Of a stretch of 64,000 nt of DNA, positions 12,001 to 23,689 are shown in pieces. The notes beneath the pieces were generated by a model. It was not told where the DNA came from. It did not search any database and saw only the letters and a program-made list of their open reading frames with translations. Made by a program: the position numbers and the translations under genes. Position 1 is the first letter of the stretch. Each line of letters starts with the position of its first letter. The stretch is from Phoronis australis. Taxonomy: Eukaryota; Animalia; Phoronida. The stretch spans positions 66,185 to 130,184 of the forward strand of contig NMRA01000605.1 of assembly GCA_002633005.1 (NCBI GenBank). The letters run 5' to 3'.

Positions 12001-15000
12001 CACACGACAAAGGAGCAGTGGCGTGTGCTGATGAGACGCGAGCAGGTAAGGTTTCTGCAGATGTACGGTATTTCTCTAATTATGTTGCCCAAAAATACTT
12101 GGATAATGGTTATCTTTCCACATTTCAAAAGGCTATTACCTTTTTGTATATAAGATGAGTTTCATCAAATGTTGTTTTATGACATCTAAACACTACAATC
12201 CGTGCTTTTAATAGACTAAAATGTTCTTAATTTCTATTTTTGTGGAGAAATTTAGCAAAACATAATTTCTCTTGTTGGCCATATTGTGTGCTAAATAAGT
12301 GTGGAATTACTGTAACAGTATTTAGTGAAAGGTTAGACAAATGATGGTTGGATCTCTTAGCTATGGGTAATGTTTGGTGTTTATGTGAAAAAGGATGCAG
12401 TGGTTGAGTAATGTTTGAATGTTGCTGGAAAGGTTTCTCTATCAGTTAGTATTTACGCCTGCATTGTTTATTGTAAATGTGTTTCTGTTCAACAAACAAT
12501 GGTCACAAAATGTTATCATTCTGCCTGACAGTTGTATGGCAAGTGGGGAGACTCTGGCTTTGTGGCAAAGTAGTCGTAGCCGGTCACTGTATGCTGACTG
12601 TGGTGCCATCAGTAACACTGTTATTAGCCTTAGGCTAACTTTTTGTCAACTGTACAAGCTTGTTTGCTATTGATCAGAAATTTTTATAAACTCAGCTTTT
12701 AATTTTTGCATGACATCCATTCTACAGTTTCTAATTCGCCTGACAATGCAGATCCGTGCACCATTATACAAAGGTAGTCTGTATATCGCTAGGTACTGAA
12801 GGTGTGTGCAAACCACCTGATCTCAGCCGACATGAAGGTAGGCCCCATGGCGGGCTGTGACCGGGCCTGGTCGTGGTTTGCCATCGACTTTGCTGAGGAC
12901 AGCCAGCGAGAGGAGATGTTGGCATGCAAGTTCAAGACAATAGAAATCGCTGACAAGTTCAAGATGGTGTTTGAGGAGTGCGTGGAGAAGGTAACCTGCA
13001 AAGGAGGGGCACGGCCGAAGACGACTGCAGGCGAGGCGACAGGTAGGTGTAATAGTGTGACTTCATGTTTATGAAGTACTGAAGCCAGTTCTGTCAATGG
13101 TTATATATTCAGTTACAGGAAAGGATGTTGTGTTAACTTAATGTGTAGCAATGAAAACAAGTGCATTCAGAATCATGTCAGTGTGGACCTGTCTGGCCTG
13201 TCATTTTTTTGATAAAACTGGCCCTTGGAGTTTTCTATGAACGACTTCAGCCGACTATACAAAGCCTGACGGGCTGCATAGTGTAAGTGAGAGATCAAGA
13301 GCTAGGGTTTGGTGGAAATGTTTTAAGTAAATGTGCCTCTAATTAGCAGTGGATTGGAGATCCTGTATGTTAGTCCCTCTCAGTCACTGGATATGGCTGT
13401 CCTGTCTTTTGGTCAAAATGTGTATAATTTGAATTTTTTACTTTGTATTACTCTGCTATTGATAGGGTCATGCAACCATGTCTTTTAAGAAACTTTAGGA
13501 AAAAAGAAATTGAGGTACATTCATAACAAGGAAAAGTTTCAAAAATATAAACAAACTTTGTTTGATAGAAATTTTCACCATGTTTTGTTTTCATTTTGTT
13601 TAAGCTTTTGAATTTATTCATGAAAATCATTTAAGTCTTATTTTTTCATGCATAAGTGCAACAATTTTAAAACAGTGCCTAACAGCATTTTGGAGGACAG
13701 TGTACAAAGCTATTTGAATGGTTCATATGAATGAATCCAATCAGTTGTTTCTGAGACATGATGTTCCAAATTTGACAGCTTTCTATGGTCCTACACAACT
13801 TTTAAAGATAACTATCAATCACAGGTTTACAAAGTCAATCAACTTCATGTGTGGGGTTATTTGTTCTATTCAACAGGTCAGAAGTTCCCCGATTATCATT
13901 TTTGTTGTCAAGTTCATACTTGTGATTCTGTCCACTAGGTGTCACTGATAGCGGTGGTGTCCAAGATTCGGAAGTCGCCTCTACCGAAGATGGTAAGAAG
14001 TATTGTATTAACAATGTTTTGCGTAATGTGTTTTGTGGTGAGATCTCCTGAGTGTGGTTGTTTGTTTTTGAAATTCTGAAGCATTGAAGACAGAAATTGT
14101 ACATCCTGATGCTGTGGTCAACAGTATTCTTTGCCTTTTTATTGTGGAAAAATTCCTTACTGTTAGCGCTGAAAACTTAGACATTTTCTTGCAAAACTGG
14201 TGTCAAGTCTGAAAATACAAGCATCAAAAGTTTCTGAAGTTTTTGAAAATTTTTCTTCAAAAAATTGATGAAAACTTCATTCTTTTGCTATTAAGCAAAT
14301 TCTATGTTACCCAAGTGTTATTACTGACCACAATTCATTCACTTACTAGTGTAAAGACTACCTTCAGCATAATAGTTTTATATCAGTGTTAATCTTCTCG
14401 CTCTTTAAACACTCTTTGACCTTTGAAAACTGACCCGTGGAGTTTTCCACAAATCAACTCAGCTGAATGCATGACCAATAAGAAGATACACGGTCTCACA
14501 GGTTGCATTGTATGAAGTGAGAGACCAAGGTCATTTGATGGAAATGTTGTAAATTAGTCTGTCACTCTAAAAAGCAATTCATTGGGGATGGTGTCCCTCA
14601 ATGTATGCTGGGCCCTGACCCTCAGTGATTAGGGGTGTCCTGTACCTCTGCTGCCACCTGAGAATGTTTAGGTTGACATGTCTCCTTCCATCTGATGTAG
14701 GAGTGTACCACATTGCTGTGTCCTGGTACTAAGATTATTGGGTTCCTGAAGTTCTTTTCTTGGGGTTGAGCTTTGGAATAGTGAGAGTATGCCAAACATG
14801 AAAATTATTGTACTCGGTTGAGTGCTGGAAATCCAAGAATCTCACCTAGGAACCTACTGTGTTTACATGTTTCACTTGTATCACTGGGGATATCTCGTCA
14901 AGTCTTGCGTGATCTTGCATTTTGCAACTTAAGGTTCTTTTTTTGCAAAGTTCACATATCTAATGCATGCCATGTCTTTGATGCCCCGTCTCCACTGGAT

Positions 15001-18000
15001 AGACCCCAAACATTTTTATTACATGACCCGTATCACAGATTTCCAAAGCCTATCAGCTTAAGGCTATCTCAAAATCTTATTCACTAAAATTGGCTGTTTT
15101 TACAATATTTCACATGTCTAGCAAAACTCCTTATCTTCATTCTCGGGAAACTTAAATACGGAGTATATACAGTGTAGCAAGGAAAAAAGATTTAGCAGGC
15201 CTCTATGACTTTGTGTTCACAAACACACCAAGTTGTGAAAAGAAATAAATCCTCGCCCAAATTCATTAATTTGATCTGTAATTTGACATTTTGCTGTCAG
15301 TTTCAGTCTGATGCTCACAACGTGCTTTATCTACCGACTCAATTTCTGTTGTCCATTTTGTTCTTGGTTTGAAAGTTCAAATAGTGAACATGGTTAAGGC
15401 ACTTATAAGTTATATTGATCAAAAACAAGTTTTCACCTAATAATTAAGTAATAATTGTCAGATTTTGAAGACTCATATTATTTTTAGCTTTTTCTTGGTT
15501 TCAACAAACCGACTTAGTTTCAACTTGCGTTTTCGGAAACGGCTTGCTGAATTTCACTGAAGGTTTCCGATTTTAATATTCATCAATCTTGAAAATGCTG
15601 TTAGGGTTTTCCTTTTAAACCCTTAATCTTTGCGTACCACTAGAGAGATGGATACAACTACTATTTTTACAAAAAAAGATCTTTTCGAGAGTTATTTTGG
15701 CATAGGGAAATAAAACTAAGTGAGTAGTTGAAAATTCCTAACAGCCATGTTTGAGGTGAATTGTAAAGTTTTCATTTAAAAGGGTTTCATTAAAATCTAC
15801 CACAGGGTTATTTTACTATGGCTGTACCTTTCTTAAAAATTTTGACTTGTATAAGATTTTAGCTTAATAATAATAATGATGCCACATCAATCTGAACAAT
15901 CATATTGTAATAATCTCTCATTTTGTTCCTTTCAGAAAATCCGTACTTTTAGTAGTTGATGTTGCCTGTTTTTTGATATATAACTTAGAATGAAGGTCAC
16001 TTAATAGGTTTTGAGATATCCTTAAAGTGTTGGGATATTTGTACTATTCAATGCATCATCAGTTTTCAAGTTCATACTTGTGTTTCTGTCCACTAGGTGT
16101 CGTTGAAAACATTGGTGTCCAAGATTTGGAAGGATCCTCTACTGAAGATGGTGAGAAGTGCTGTATTAGCAATGTTTGTGTATTTAGTGGTGAGGTCTCC
16201 TGAGTGTGGATGTTACATTAAGAAATTCTGAAGCAGTGAAGACAAAGTTTGTACATTCAGATGCTGTGGCCAACAGTATTCTTTACCTTTTTATTGTGAA
16301 AAAGTCCTTACTATGAGCACTGAGAATTTCATCCTTTTATTACAAAGCTGTGGATTTTAAGATCAGATATGTCCTGAAAAAAATTCTGGAGATTTTGAGC
16401 ATGTTCTCCAAAGTCAAAAATTGATGAAAACTTCATCCTTTTCCTCTAAACTAATTCCTTGTAACCCACATGTTGTTATCTACCATTAATTCGTTCACTG
16501 ACTAGTGTATAAAATACAACAAGACTCTCTTCAAAATGATTTTCCAGTTTTATATCGATGTTCATCTTGTTCTATGTAAATGCACTATTATTCAGTCTTT
16601 ATCTTTGGTAACAGCTTTTGACATCTTTTAATTGAGGATATTAGGCAAAAAGCTATAATTTCTATCTCATTTAGATGAGGTGATCTTTGTGAGCGAGAGA
16701 CTGCCATCCCCAGACAAGGTAGAGTTAGCCCGCAAATACTTACTGCCCGACACATTTTACTTGTACGAAGAAGCCCCACCCTGTCCTGGTTGCAGGGGCT
16801 GTGAAGATTATGTTCCTGAACAATCTGTGCCAGCAGTATCAGACGATGACCAGGTGCCTGAACTATCGGCCACGGAGCCTGGGGCTGATGCAGAGGAACC
16901 AAGTGAGTTTGACTATCAAAGAAATATTTTTTATTGTTAAATTCATAAGCACAATATGCAAGATGTAGGTCTCTTTCACAATCCAGTCGGGGGAAATATA
17001 TTTTGTCGCAATTGGCTATTCACAATTGTTGAAATACTCAGTGTGCTATGACTTTTTCAAGAGTTATGTCCCTGTGATATTGAAATTACTTAGAACAAGT
17101 AGTACTCTTAGTTAGGTTGGATAAGTTCAATATTAAGGTTCAGGAAAGCTTGTCCTTTGTTGTTAATGATGTTTAGCCAAGCTCTAGCTTCCAAAAACCC
17201 ATTGGAGAGAAGAACTGAGCTTATGAATACGTAATGTTACATGTTGTGACATGAAGCTATAGTGTGGTTATATTTACCACTGAATAATTTAGTGCTGTCA
17301 TTTCTGGTCATTGTTAAAATTGTCTTAACATGGTGAAATTAAAACATGTGCATGTTGGTTTCCTGTTCTGTGTTTGTTGTGGATAATTGTTGTTGCATTA
17401 ATGTTCTTATTCCAGTTAGACTTCGATACAAAACTGTTTAGGACTTTGAATTTTGAAAACTATGACTGCTTTAAACAGAATTGACTTGCAGTATAACTGA
17501 TTATTCTAATAGTGTTGACCAACTGTATTTCAGTGAACAATTTTTATGATGCCTGTAATGGGGACTCCTGTTTGAGCTTCGCTATTTCAGAGTCCATAGA
17601 CAATAATATCACTTTTGACATTAGAATGTTGCCGTTCTATGTTAACTCATTCATTTTAGCTGCCTCCAGCATATTTGCCAATTCTACAGTCGCAGGGATT
17701 TCCTTTTCATCTGTGGCAGCCACATCTGGTGGTGAATCTGGATTTGGAAGCAGCCATGGTAAGTTGAGCATTAAGTATAGAGTTGAAATTAAATATATTT
17801 GATAATTTGCTTGCTGCATTACGTTGAGCATTATATTGGGATGTGGGATTGTATAGAGTTGAAGTAAAATATACTTGATAATTTGTATAGAGTTGAAGTT
17901 GAAAATACTTGATAATTTGTATAGAGTTGAAGTTGAAAATACTTGATAATTTGTATAGAGTTGAAGTTAAATATACTTCATAATTTGCTTGCTGCATTTA

Positions 18001-21000
18001 CGCTAGCTTATAAAGTAGGGTTGGTATTTGTAATTTTGAAAAAAATGTCAGATTATAAAGAGAAATGTCAAGTTACTGGAGTTTTAAATTAAAGGAATGG
18101 TTGTAAAAATCAATCCCTGTCATGTGTCTGTCTGTAATTCAGAAATTTTCAAGCAGCTTGTCACTGGGGGTCACTTTCAGTAATCATCCTGTTCCATTGT
18201 GTAATGTGTTATTAGTGTTAGCAGAAAATGCTTTTGTCAGATGACAAGTGTTGTTTTACAGTCTGTGTGTGACTGTTTCAAGGCGTGGTATACACTCAGG
18301 ATGAAAACTGCATGTAATCAGCCATATGTAATATAATTGTATTAGATGATCATTGCAAGTAATCCAGTATGTTAAAAGTTTGGGAGACTAAGATCACCAT
18401 TTGATGTTGTGTTTCTTTTAGGTTTGTATTGGGGAGAAGCCATATAAACCAGTGATGGTTGTTATTTCTCCTGTTATTCTGCCTATTATCTCCCGTGCAA
18501 TGTCCCCTATTGTTTAACCCGTCATTGCCATGCATGTCTGTCTGTCTGCAGCTAGGAAGCCGTTCCAGTGGTCTGGAGCTGGTGCAACTCTGTTTACACC
18601 TAACACTGAGGAGAGCGAGGAGAACCCTGAGGACCCCTCTGACCACGACCCGCACTATGAACCCATTATATCCTTGCCTGACCAGGTGGAGGTTAAAACT
18701 GGTAAGTATGGTATGATTTGTGCGTGTCTGTCTTTGCAGGAGGATCTGTCAGACTTATATTTACTTGTTTGTAGGTTTCTCTGTATGCCTGTCTGTGACA
18801 ATTGCACTACACTATCCTCATTCATCTATGTTGCTATGTCACATCCATCCAAATCATACACACCACCTTTCTCCATTTGCCTTTACCCACTTGTTGGATA
18901 GAAAGACAAGAGGATTTAGAAGTGATTCTTTGGAAGGCAAATGAACTGGTTTAGATGAATACACAGTCCTGGTATATTGATCAGATGAGAGTAATGCACA
19001 ACTGTTTCGTTTGCCTCTCTGTGCTGAACTCAAAGGATGCAGATCTTTATATCGGTGAACTCTCAATTGTGTTTTCCTTGTCTTTTCGAAGGTGAGGAAG
19101 ATGACGAGATCATGTTCAGACACCGCTCAAAGTTTTTCCGTTTTGACAGCAAGGTGAAACAATGGAAGGAACGAGGAATCGGTGAAATGAAGATCTTGAA
19201 AAACACCAAGTCTGGTGAGTTTACATCTGTATGCAGCTGTATAACTGAGATTTTGCTGATGCAGGCACATAGGTTTTTTGAAACTTACTTTACTCCACAT
19301 TTTGTGCATGAAACCATGGATTATTAGCTATTAATAATTCAGTAAGATATTGTAATAATATATGTTATCAGTAACAGTTTAGTGGGACATTGTGGTTTGC
19401 ATGCAGTAAGACTTGCAATGCTAATATATAATGTTCATGACTGGTTCACTCTTTTTATGTTAAGTACCGAAATTTGGAGAAGATGTCAAAGGCTATGGTA
19501 TGAAATTACCAGCCAAGGCACTGTTTGAGGAATGTGTTAGCATATTTTTAATGCATTGTTGCGATAATTATGCTAGCAACATGATCTAAAACATTCGCAA
19601 GTGATCTAGCGGTTTCTCTTCACTGAGAACTCGACTTCTTACAATATTGTGAATTTCAATTGGCAATTGTTCTTCAACTAGTGGCTCAGGTTGACTTGTT
19701 GATTGTCTGAATGTGTTTTGTCTTGTTGATGTCATAACACGAGTGTCCTGCAAAGTGAAAATAGGAATTCCCAAGCCACTGGCAACAGAACGGGGGTGCA
19801 GAATTAATTATCTGGTGAGCATACTTCAGCCATGTGGAGGTGATTTTGTGCATTGTTTTTCAACCAAAACTCGGCATGCTTCTCTGCCCTCCAGGTAAAT
19901 ACCGCCTTGTCCATAGACGGGAACAGGTGTTCAAGGTGGTGTGCAACCAGAATATCACAGCAGACATGGAGCTGAAGCTCATGGCGACGTCAGAGACTGC
20001 CTGGTGTTGGTTCGGCATGGACTTCTCAGAGAGTGATGGTGGGGATGAGCCTGCCATCGAGCAGTTTGCAATTAAATTTAAGGTATGTGCTGGTGTGTTC
20101 AGACCAGTATTTTTGCAAATACATTTTACTTCACTGCTTTGATTAGTAGTTTGCTTGCTAATTAGTAGAGCGTGGCACTACAGTAGTCTTCCAGAGTTGA
20201 CAAATTTTATTGAAATTGGCCAAGCTTTGTCCAAGTTCAAGGTGAAAAGAAACCGTAAAAATCAATACTCTTATTCGTGTGAAAATTGCCAAAAATTGCC
20301 CCACATTTTGACATTAAGAGGTTTCACCAAATTTTTAAAAAACTAATAAACATGCTCTAAAAATGAACATTACTAAGCTTTTCCGGTAGTAGTGTGATCT
20401 TGCAGTTGTTCTCTCATCACACTCTTTTAACACTATAAAGATTAGTAGGACAGATATTTCTAGTCTTACAGATTCAAGCTCAGACTGTGATCATAATTAC
20501 TGCCCTGTATCTGTTGCTGTATGGCAAATTATGAGGACAGTTTTCTGCAAATATGCCCATGGGTGTATTTGGGGGAAGAGCATTTGTGAGTTCTAAGCTT
20601 TCCCAAGTTTAATAAGCTGACATAGGTATCAAAAGCGTAATTGATTCATCCATTATCTCCTGTCTGTTGGGACATGTGTATTTACTCTCTTGGTTCTATA
20701 TTGCTCAACATTACATCCTGATTACTGTTCGATTCACGTGATTATAAATTTGTCACTTCCAAACGTAGGCTTGTGCCTGTACTTGGATTTGAATTTTGGT
20801 CCTTGAACGGATATTTTCCAACTGTAAGCTCAGGATTACTCTGCAGAAAACTCCAGCATGGTATCAATGTCTTGAATATTGCAATGAGTGGAGGTAATGA
20901 TTTGGACTTAGTGGTAAACATAACTTCGCGGTGTCATCTCTATTGTTTTGTCTCTTCCAACACCTCTGGTCCTTGTTCTATGTAGGTTTCTTTTTTCCAG

Positions 21001-21066
21001 ACTGCTGAATTGGCGATACAGTTCAAAGATGTGTTTGAAACGTGTCAGAAAAGTTTAACTGAGTGA
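8..21066 (+). CDS. RANBP2: RanBP2/Nup358-like nucleoporin (SUMO E3 ligase), copy 1; 5' end lies upstream of the window
   Basis: Phase-compatible GT-AG exons: 8-172, 580-(gap at 816), 1935-2133, 3154-3533, 4059-4302, 5053-5235, 5781-5915, 6094-6159, 8013-8060, [8465- and 9262- degenerate ZnF exons], 11351-12045, 12793-13042, 13939-13992, 16097-16150, 16675-16902, 17660-17758, 18552-18701, 19092-19214, 19895-20082, 21001-21066 (TGA). Contains three Ran-binding domains (WKERG/WKDRG, MRREQVLKVCANH), RanBP2 zinc fingers, FxF/FG motifs and an IR motif. Confidence 0.9.
3154..3533 (+). CDS. RANBP2: Exon: first Ran-binding domain (RanBD1 family)
   Basis: [23 protein letters not shown]...[21 protein letters not shown]...[14 protein letters not shown]; cag acceptor and gtaatg donor. 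Confidence 0.92.
4059..5235 (+). CDS. RANBP2: Two exons (4059-4302, 5053-5235), each with an intact RanBP2-type zinc finger
   Basis: [20 protein letters not shown] and [20 protein letters not shown] both match W-x-C-x2-C-x3-N-x6-C-x2-C. Confidence 0.9.
6303..7853 (+). mobile_element. Non-autonomous TIR DNA transposon, Sola-like, intronic
   Basis: Terminal inverted repeats GTGACTCAGCACGACAAAATGAGTCTTAA and TTAAGACTCATTTTGTGGTGCTGGGTCAC, flanked by a 4-bp AAAT duplication (6299-6302, 7854-7857). An internal decayed ORF (~6844-7130) has an acidic tract and CTCK. The family call is inferred from the AWWT-type TSD. Confidence 0.7.
8300..8470 (+). repeat. Degenerate ~29-30 bp minisatellite built from a splice-acceptor-like unit
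   Basis: Units resembling TATTTTGTCACCCTCCATAGGTACAT, with AGGT at about 8319, 8349, 8405, 8434 and 8463. Related arrays occur at ~9095-9270, ~50300-50510, ~53030-53230 and ~53570-53820. Confidence 0.7.
8465..8710 (+). pseudogene. Degenerate zinc-finger exon, unit U1
   Basis: GTPIFGATASSSGFTF...[27 protein letters not shown]: the second Cys is replaced by Gly, and there is no convincing donor. Confidence 0.6.
9262..9502 (+). pseudogene. Degenerate zinc-finger exon, unit U2 (tandem duplicate of U1)
   Basis: [16 protein letters not shown]...[26 protein letters not shown]: the second Cys is deleted. The flanking intron is homologous to that of U1. Confidence 0.6.
9513..10295 (+). mobile_element. 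Helentron/HINE (DINE-1-like) non-autonomous element
   Basis: Starts in a T-run with sub-terminal GCGCCCACA (~9520), followed by a GTCC/GTCT microsatellite (~9562-9581) and internal CCTAGTGGCAATTT repeats. The inverted TGTGGGCGC lies at ~10254, followed by a short degenerate hairpin and a T-run. The element is absent at the homologous position after U1 (~8720). Confidence 0.6.
10474..10709. mobile_element. Truncated insertion starting at a TTAA site and ending at an assembly join
   Basis: 10381-10473 is repeated at 10711-10803 across a single N (10710). The first copy continues TTAAGGTAGGTG into unrelated sequence; the second continues TTAAGGTGCTG into sequence shared with the - arm. Confidence 0.45.
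11351..13042 (+). CDS. RANBP2: FG-like/Ser-Thr-rich region and second Ran-binding domain (exons 11351-12045, 12793-13042)
   Basis: Several FSGFSF/FNFSF motifs, then [22 protein letters not shown]...[12 protein letters not shown]...MRREQ|VLKVCANH. Confidence 0.9.
16675..16902 (+). CDS. RANBP2: Exon with a RanBP2 internal-repeat (IR, SUMO E3) motif followed by CPGCRGC
   Basis: [31 protein letters not shown] resembles vertebrate IR1 ([30 protein letters not shown], recalled from memory). Confidence 0.75.
17772..17995. repeat. Intronic 34-bp minisatellite
   Basis: TTGTATAGAGTTGAAGTTGAAAATACTTGATAAT at about 17849, 17883, 17917 and 17951; a diverged counterpart lies at ~44570-44780. Confidence 0.8.
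18552..21066 (+). CDS. RANBP2: Third (C-terminal) Ran-binding domain, four exons, ending FETCQKSLTE*
   Basis: [11 protein letters not shown]...[17 protein letters not shown]|GEEDDE...[12 protein letters not shown]|[19 protein letters not shown]...FAIKFK|TAELAIQFKDVFE. Confidence 0.9.
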
Positions 21067-23689
21067 ACAGTCATTGTGGTTACGCATCAGATGTACGGGT
21101 ACACCCATCCTGTATCATGTATTATGATTTAGTCTTCAAAATTGCACAATAAGACTTTCAGGTAAACTGAGTAAATTCCACAAATTCAACCTTTTGACAT
21201 CCTTATCATCTATGTGACTACTATGTGGGGAAAAAAAGTGTTGCATCTTTTTACCAGTCGCGAGCAGTTTGAACACATATGTTATGCTTCAGTTTCACAA
21301 CTCTTCTTGATTTGAAACGAGAAACAAGCTGTTTATTGTTCATTACTTAGTTCCATTTCTGGATGGTCTATTTTATAACATTCTGTTAGGTATTAGTGGT
21401 ACTTTACAAGTTAGAAGGGAATTCTACCTTTGATGAGGACGTTTTGGCCTTTCAGGATATTTGACTTTCTTTAAAATGTATTTGGAACATCATTTTCTAT
21501 CAAAATGTCGTCAAAAAAATAACAGTTTCTCACACCAAAATTTCATGGGGTGAGCAAGAACTGAAAATTTCAGCCAGTCCGATTATATGTTTTCTTGCTT
21601 TTCCTTTCTAATAATTTTGCCCAGTGGCTGTAACGTCTGTCCCTGGCTTCTGCACGTAACAATCTGCCATTTGACTCTAGTAATGATGATATCAGAATCA
21701 GGTAACTAAACTTTAGCAATGATGTCAGAGGCAGGCAATGAAACTTAATACAACAGTGGTTGTTACTTCTTTATTTAGTTTCTACAAAAGTTGACTAAAA
21801 AGTTCCAAGTATCTTTCATATTGCCAAAAAATGGCTTCAAAAAGGTAACAATTTCCTATATGATGCAATAAAGCTGTGGATGTCGCCACTGCAGACCTCC
21901 GATTCAGCCGTAGTAGCGTTGTTTCAGAGTCTAGAAGTTTCAGAAAGCTCAGCTAAGTTGTACTTTTATGAAAATTTAGCGTTTTTAATTTGGATAACCC
22001 AGTTATGACTTTGTATTAGCTCAACATTATGTTGTTTATTGTTGTAACAAAACAGTTGTGATATTTCCCTTTACGAACCTTTTTTAATTATGAAGGGTAA
22101 TTTGAAAAGTAATCAACACCTCTAGCACAATTGTATTAAACAGGTCGACATTGCTTCATTTTTTTCTTGTATGAACTTTGCCTTGTAAAAACAATAATTT
22201 TTGTTGACCGAATTTTTTCGTAATTCTTGTAAAGCAATATTGAGTTTTGTTTTGTGAAATAAACGTATTCTCAAGCTCATGTGGTGTTTTGCTATTCTTT
22301 GTGCAGTAAGTCCAGCTGACCACAAGGGGATCTTTGTGTAAATAACATTTCTCCCTCAGGAAATTGTCCTCCCTGTCCTGTAACAATTGTGAAGAAACTG
22401 CCCAACTGACCATTACAAATGACTACCCTTGGTGTCTTGCTTTGTTAGTCTACACTGTTGTGCCACCATGATAGTAGATATAAACATCTGAAATTATGCA
22501 AAATCCATTTTCTTATGCCCTCATTTTGGTTGATATGAATTCCTAACAGGCAATCTAACAATAAATGACTATTAGTCTGATCATTATTCATGGAAAACCT
22601 ATTTTCATGAGTTATTGTTGCGTAGTGATTGGAGAAATAAATCATGACCATTGATATTGAACCTTGTATAAAAATGTCAACTATTCATGTGAATTCTTGT
22701 CGAAGATTTGTACCAGATATGGTATCGCAATTTGTAGAAATGGCTTTTAATGAACTATAATCAAATTGCCTGTTGTTGTTGATATTAAAGTTTGTCTCAA
22801 AGAATTTGTGGATTCGTCAACATGAATATTTAATCCTCGACATTTCAAAATATCAGTTGCTGGTAATTGTCATGGTTGACCGCGGTACAGTTGATACGAA
22901 ATTAATAATTGTTTTTTAAACCCAAAACATCGATTTTATTCCTGCAAGGCTTGAAGTGTTTGTACGCAACACTCAGAGCCACGTGTGACGTCTGAAACCA
23001 CTTGTGTTCATTATGGCATAATTGACATTTAACAGCAGTACACCTCTTTAGTTTTATATGGTGCAAGTCGAGACTTGGTAATTTTTAAACTAACGTCTTT
23101 TTGGTTAGTTTTTATTTTTCTCTCTCGGTTTATGTCCGCCGGAACATGGCACTTCGTATTCTGGCGACCTCATCGGTTCCAGAGGTCTCTTATTAACTTG
23201 CCGAAAACGAAGGTGGTGACCATTTATAACGTTAACCAACCCCGCGTTGGTTTCAATAGGTAAATATCTTGATGGTTTGAATTGGCACTAAATCTGTATC
23301 ACTTGAAGAATATAATGCGAGATTCAATACCGACTAGTCTCTCAACTTGGCCGGTCCGGCGTGTTGAAGTTCCCATTTTCCAGTTACCAAGGTATTGGAC
23401 ATTGAACATTATAAATTAAATAAAAAGACTTCACAGCAAACCACTGAAGGTTTGTGACGTCAGCTCCATTATGCCATCAGTTTCATTCTGATGTGACGTT
23501 GTCCACATGGATACCAATCATTGCCAGCCAGTTTTCTTACAAGAGCAGTGAAGAACAGGTTTTATGTAGTTGTTGATACTTAACTAATTCACAAGATCAG
23601 CAGTAAAACTTCAGGCTAGTTGTAAGAAAGTCAATTGTTTCGGCTTACAGCAGGATTTTGTGTGCTATTCAACCACGCGAACCCAGACA

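Larger units (their letters stand above)
1..22390 (+). repeat. Left arm of the inverted segmental duplication
   Basis: Exons, introns and 3' flank match the reverse complement of ~40215-62742. For example AAATTGTCCTCCCTGTCCTG at ~22361 pairs with ~40222. Confidence 0.9.
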
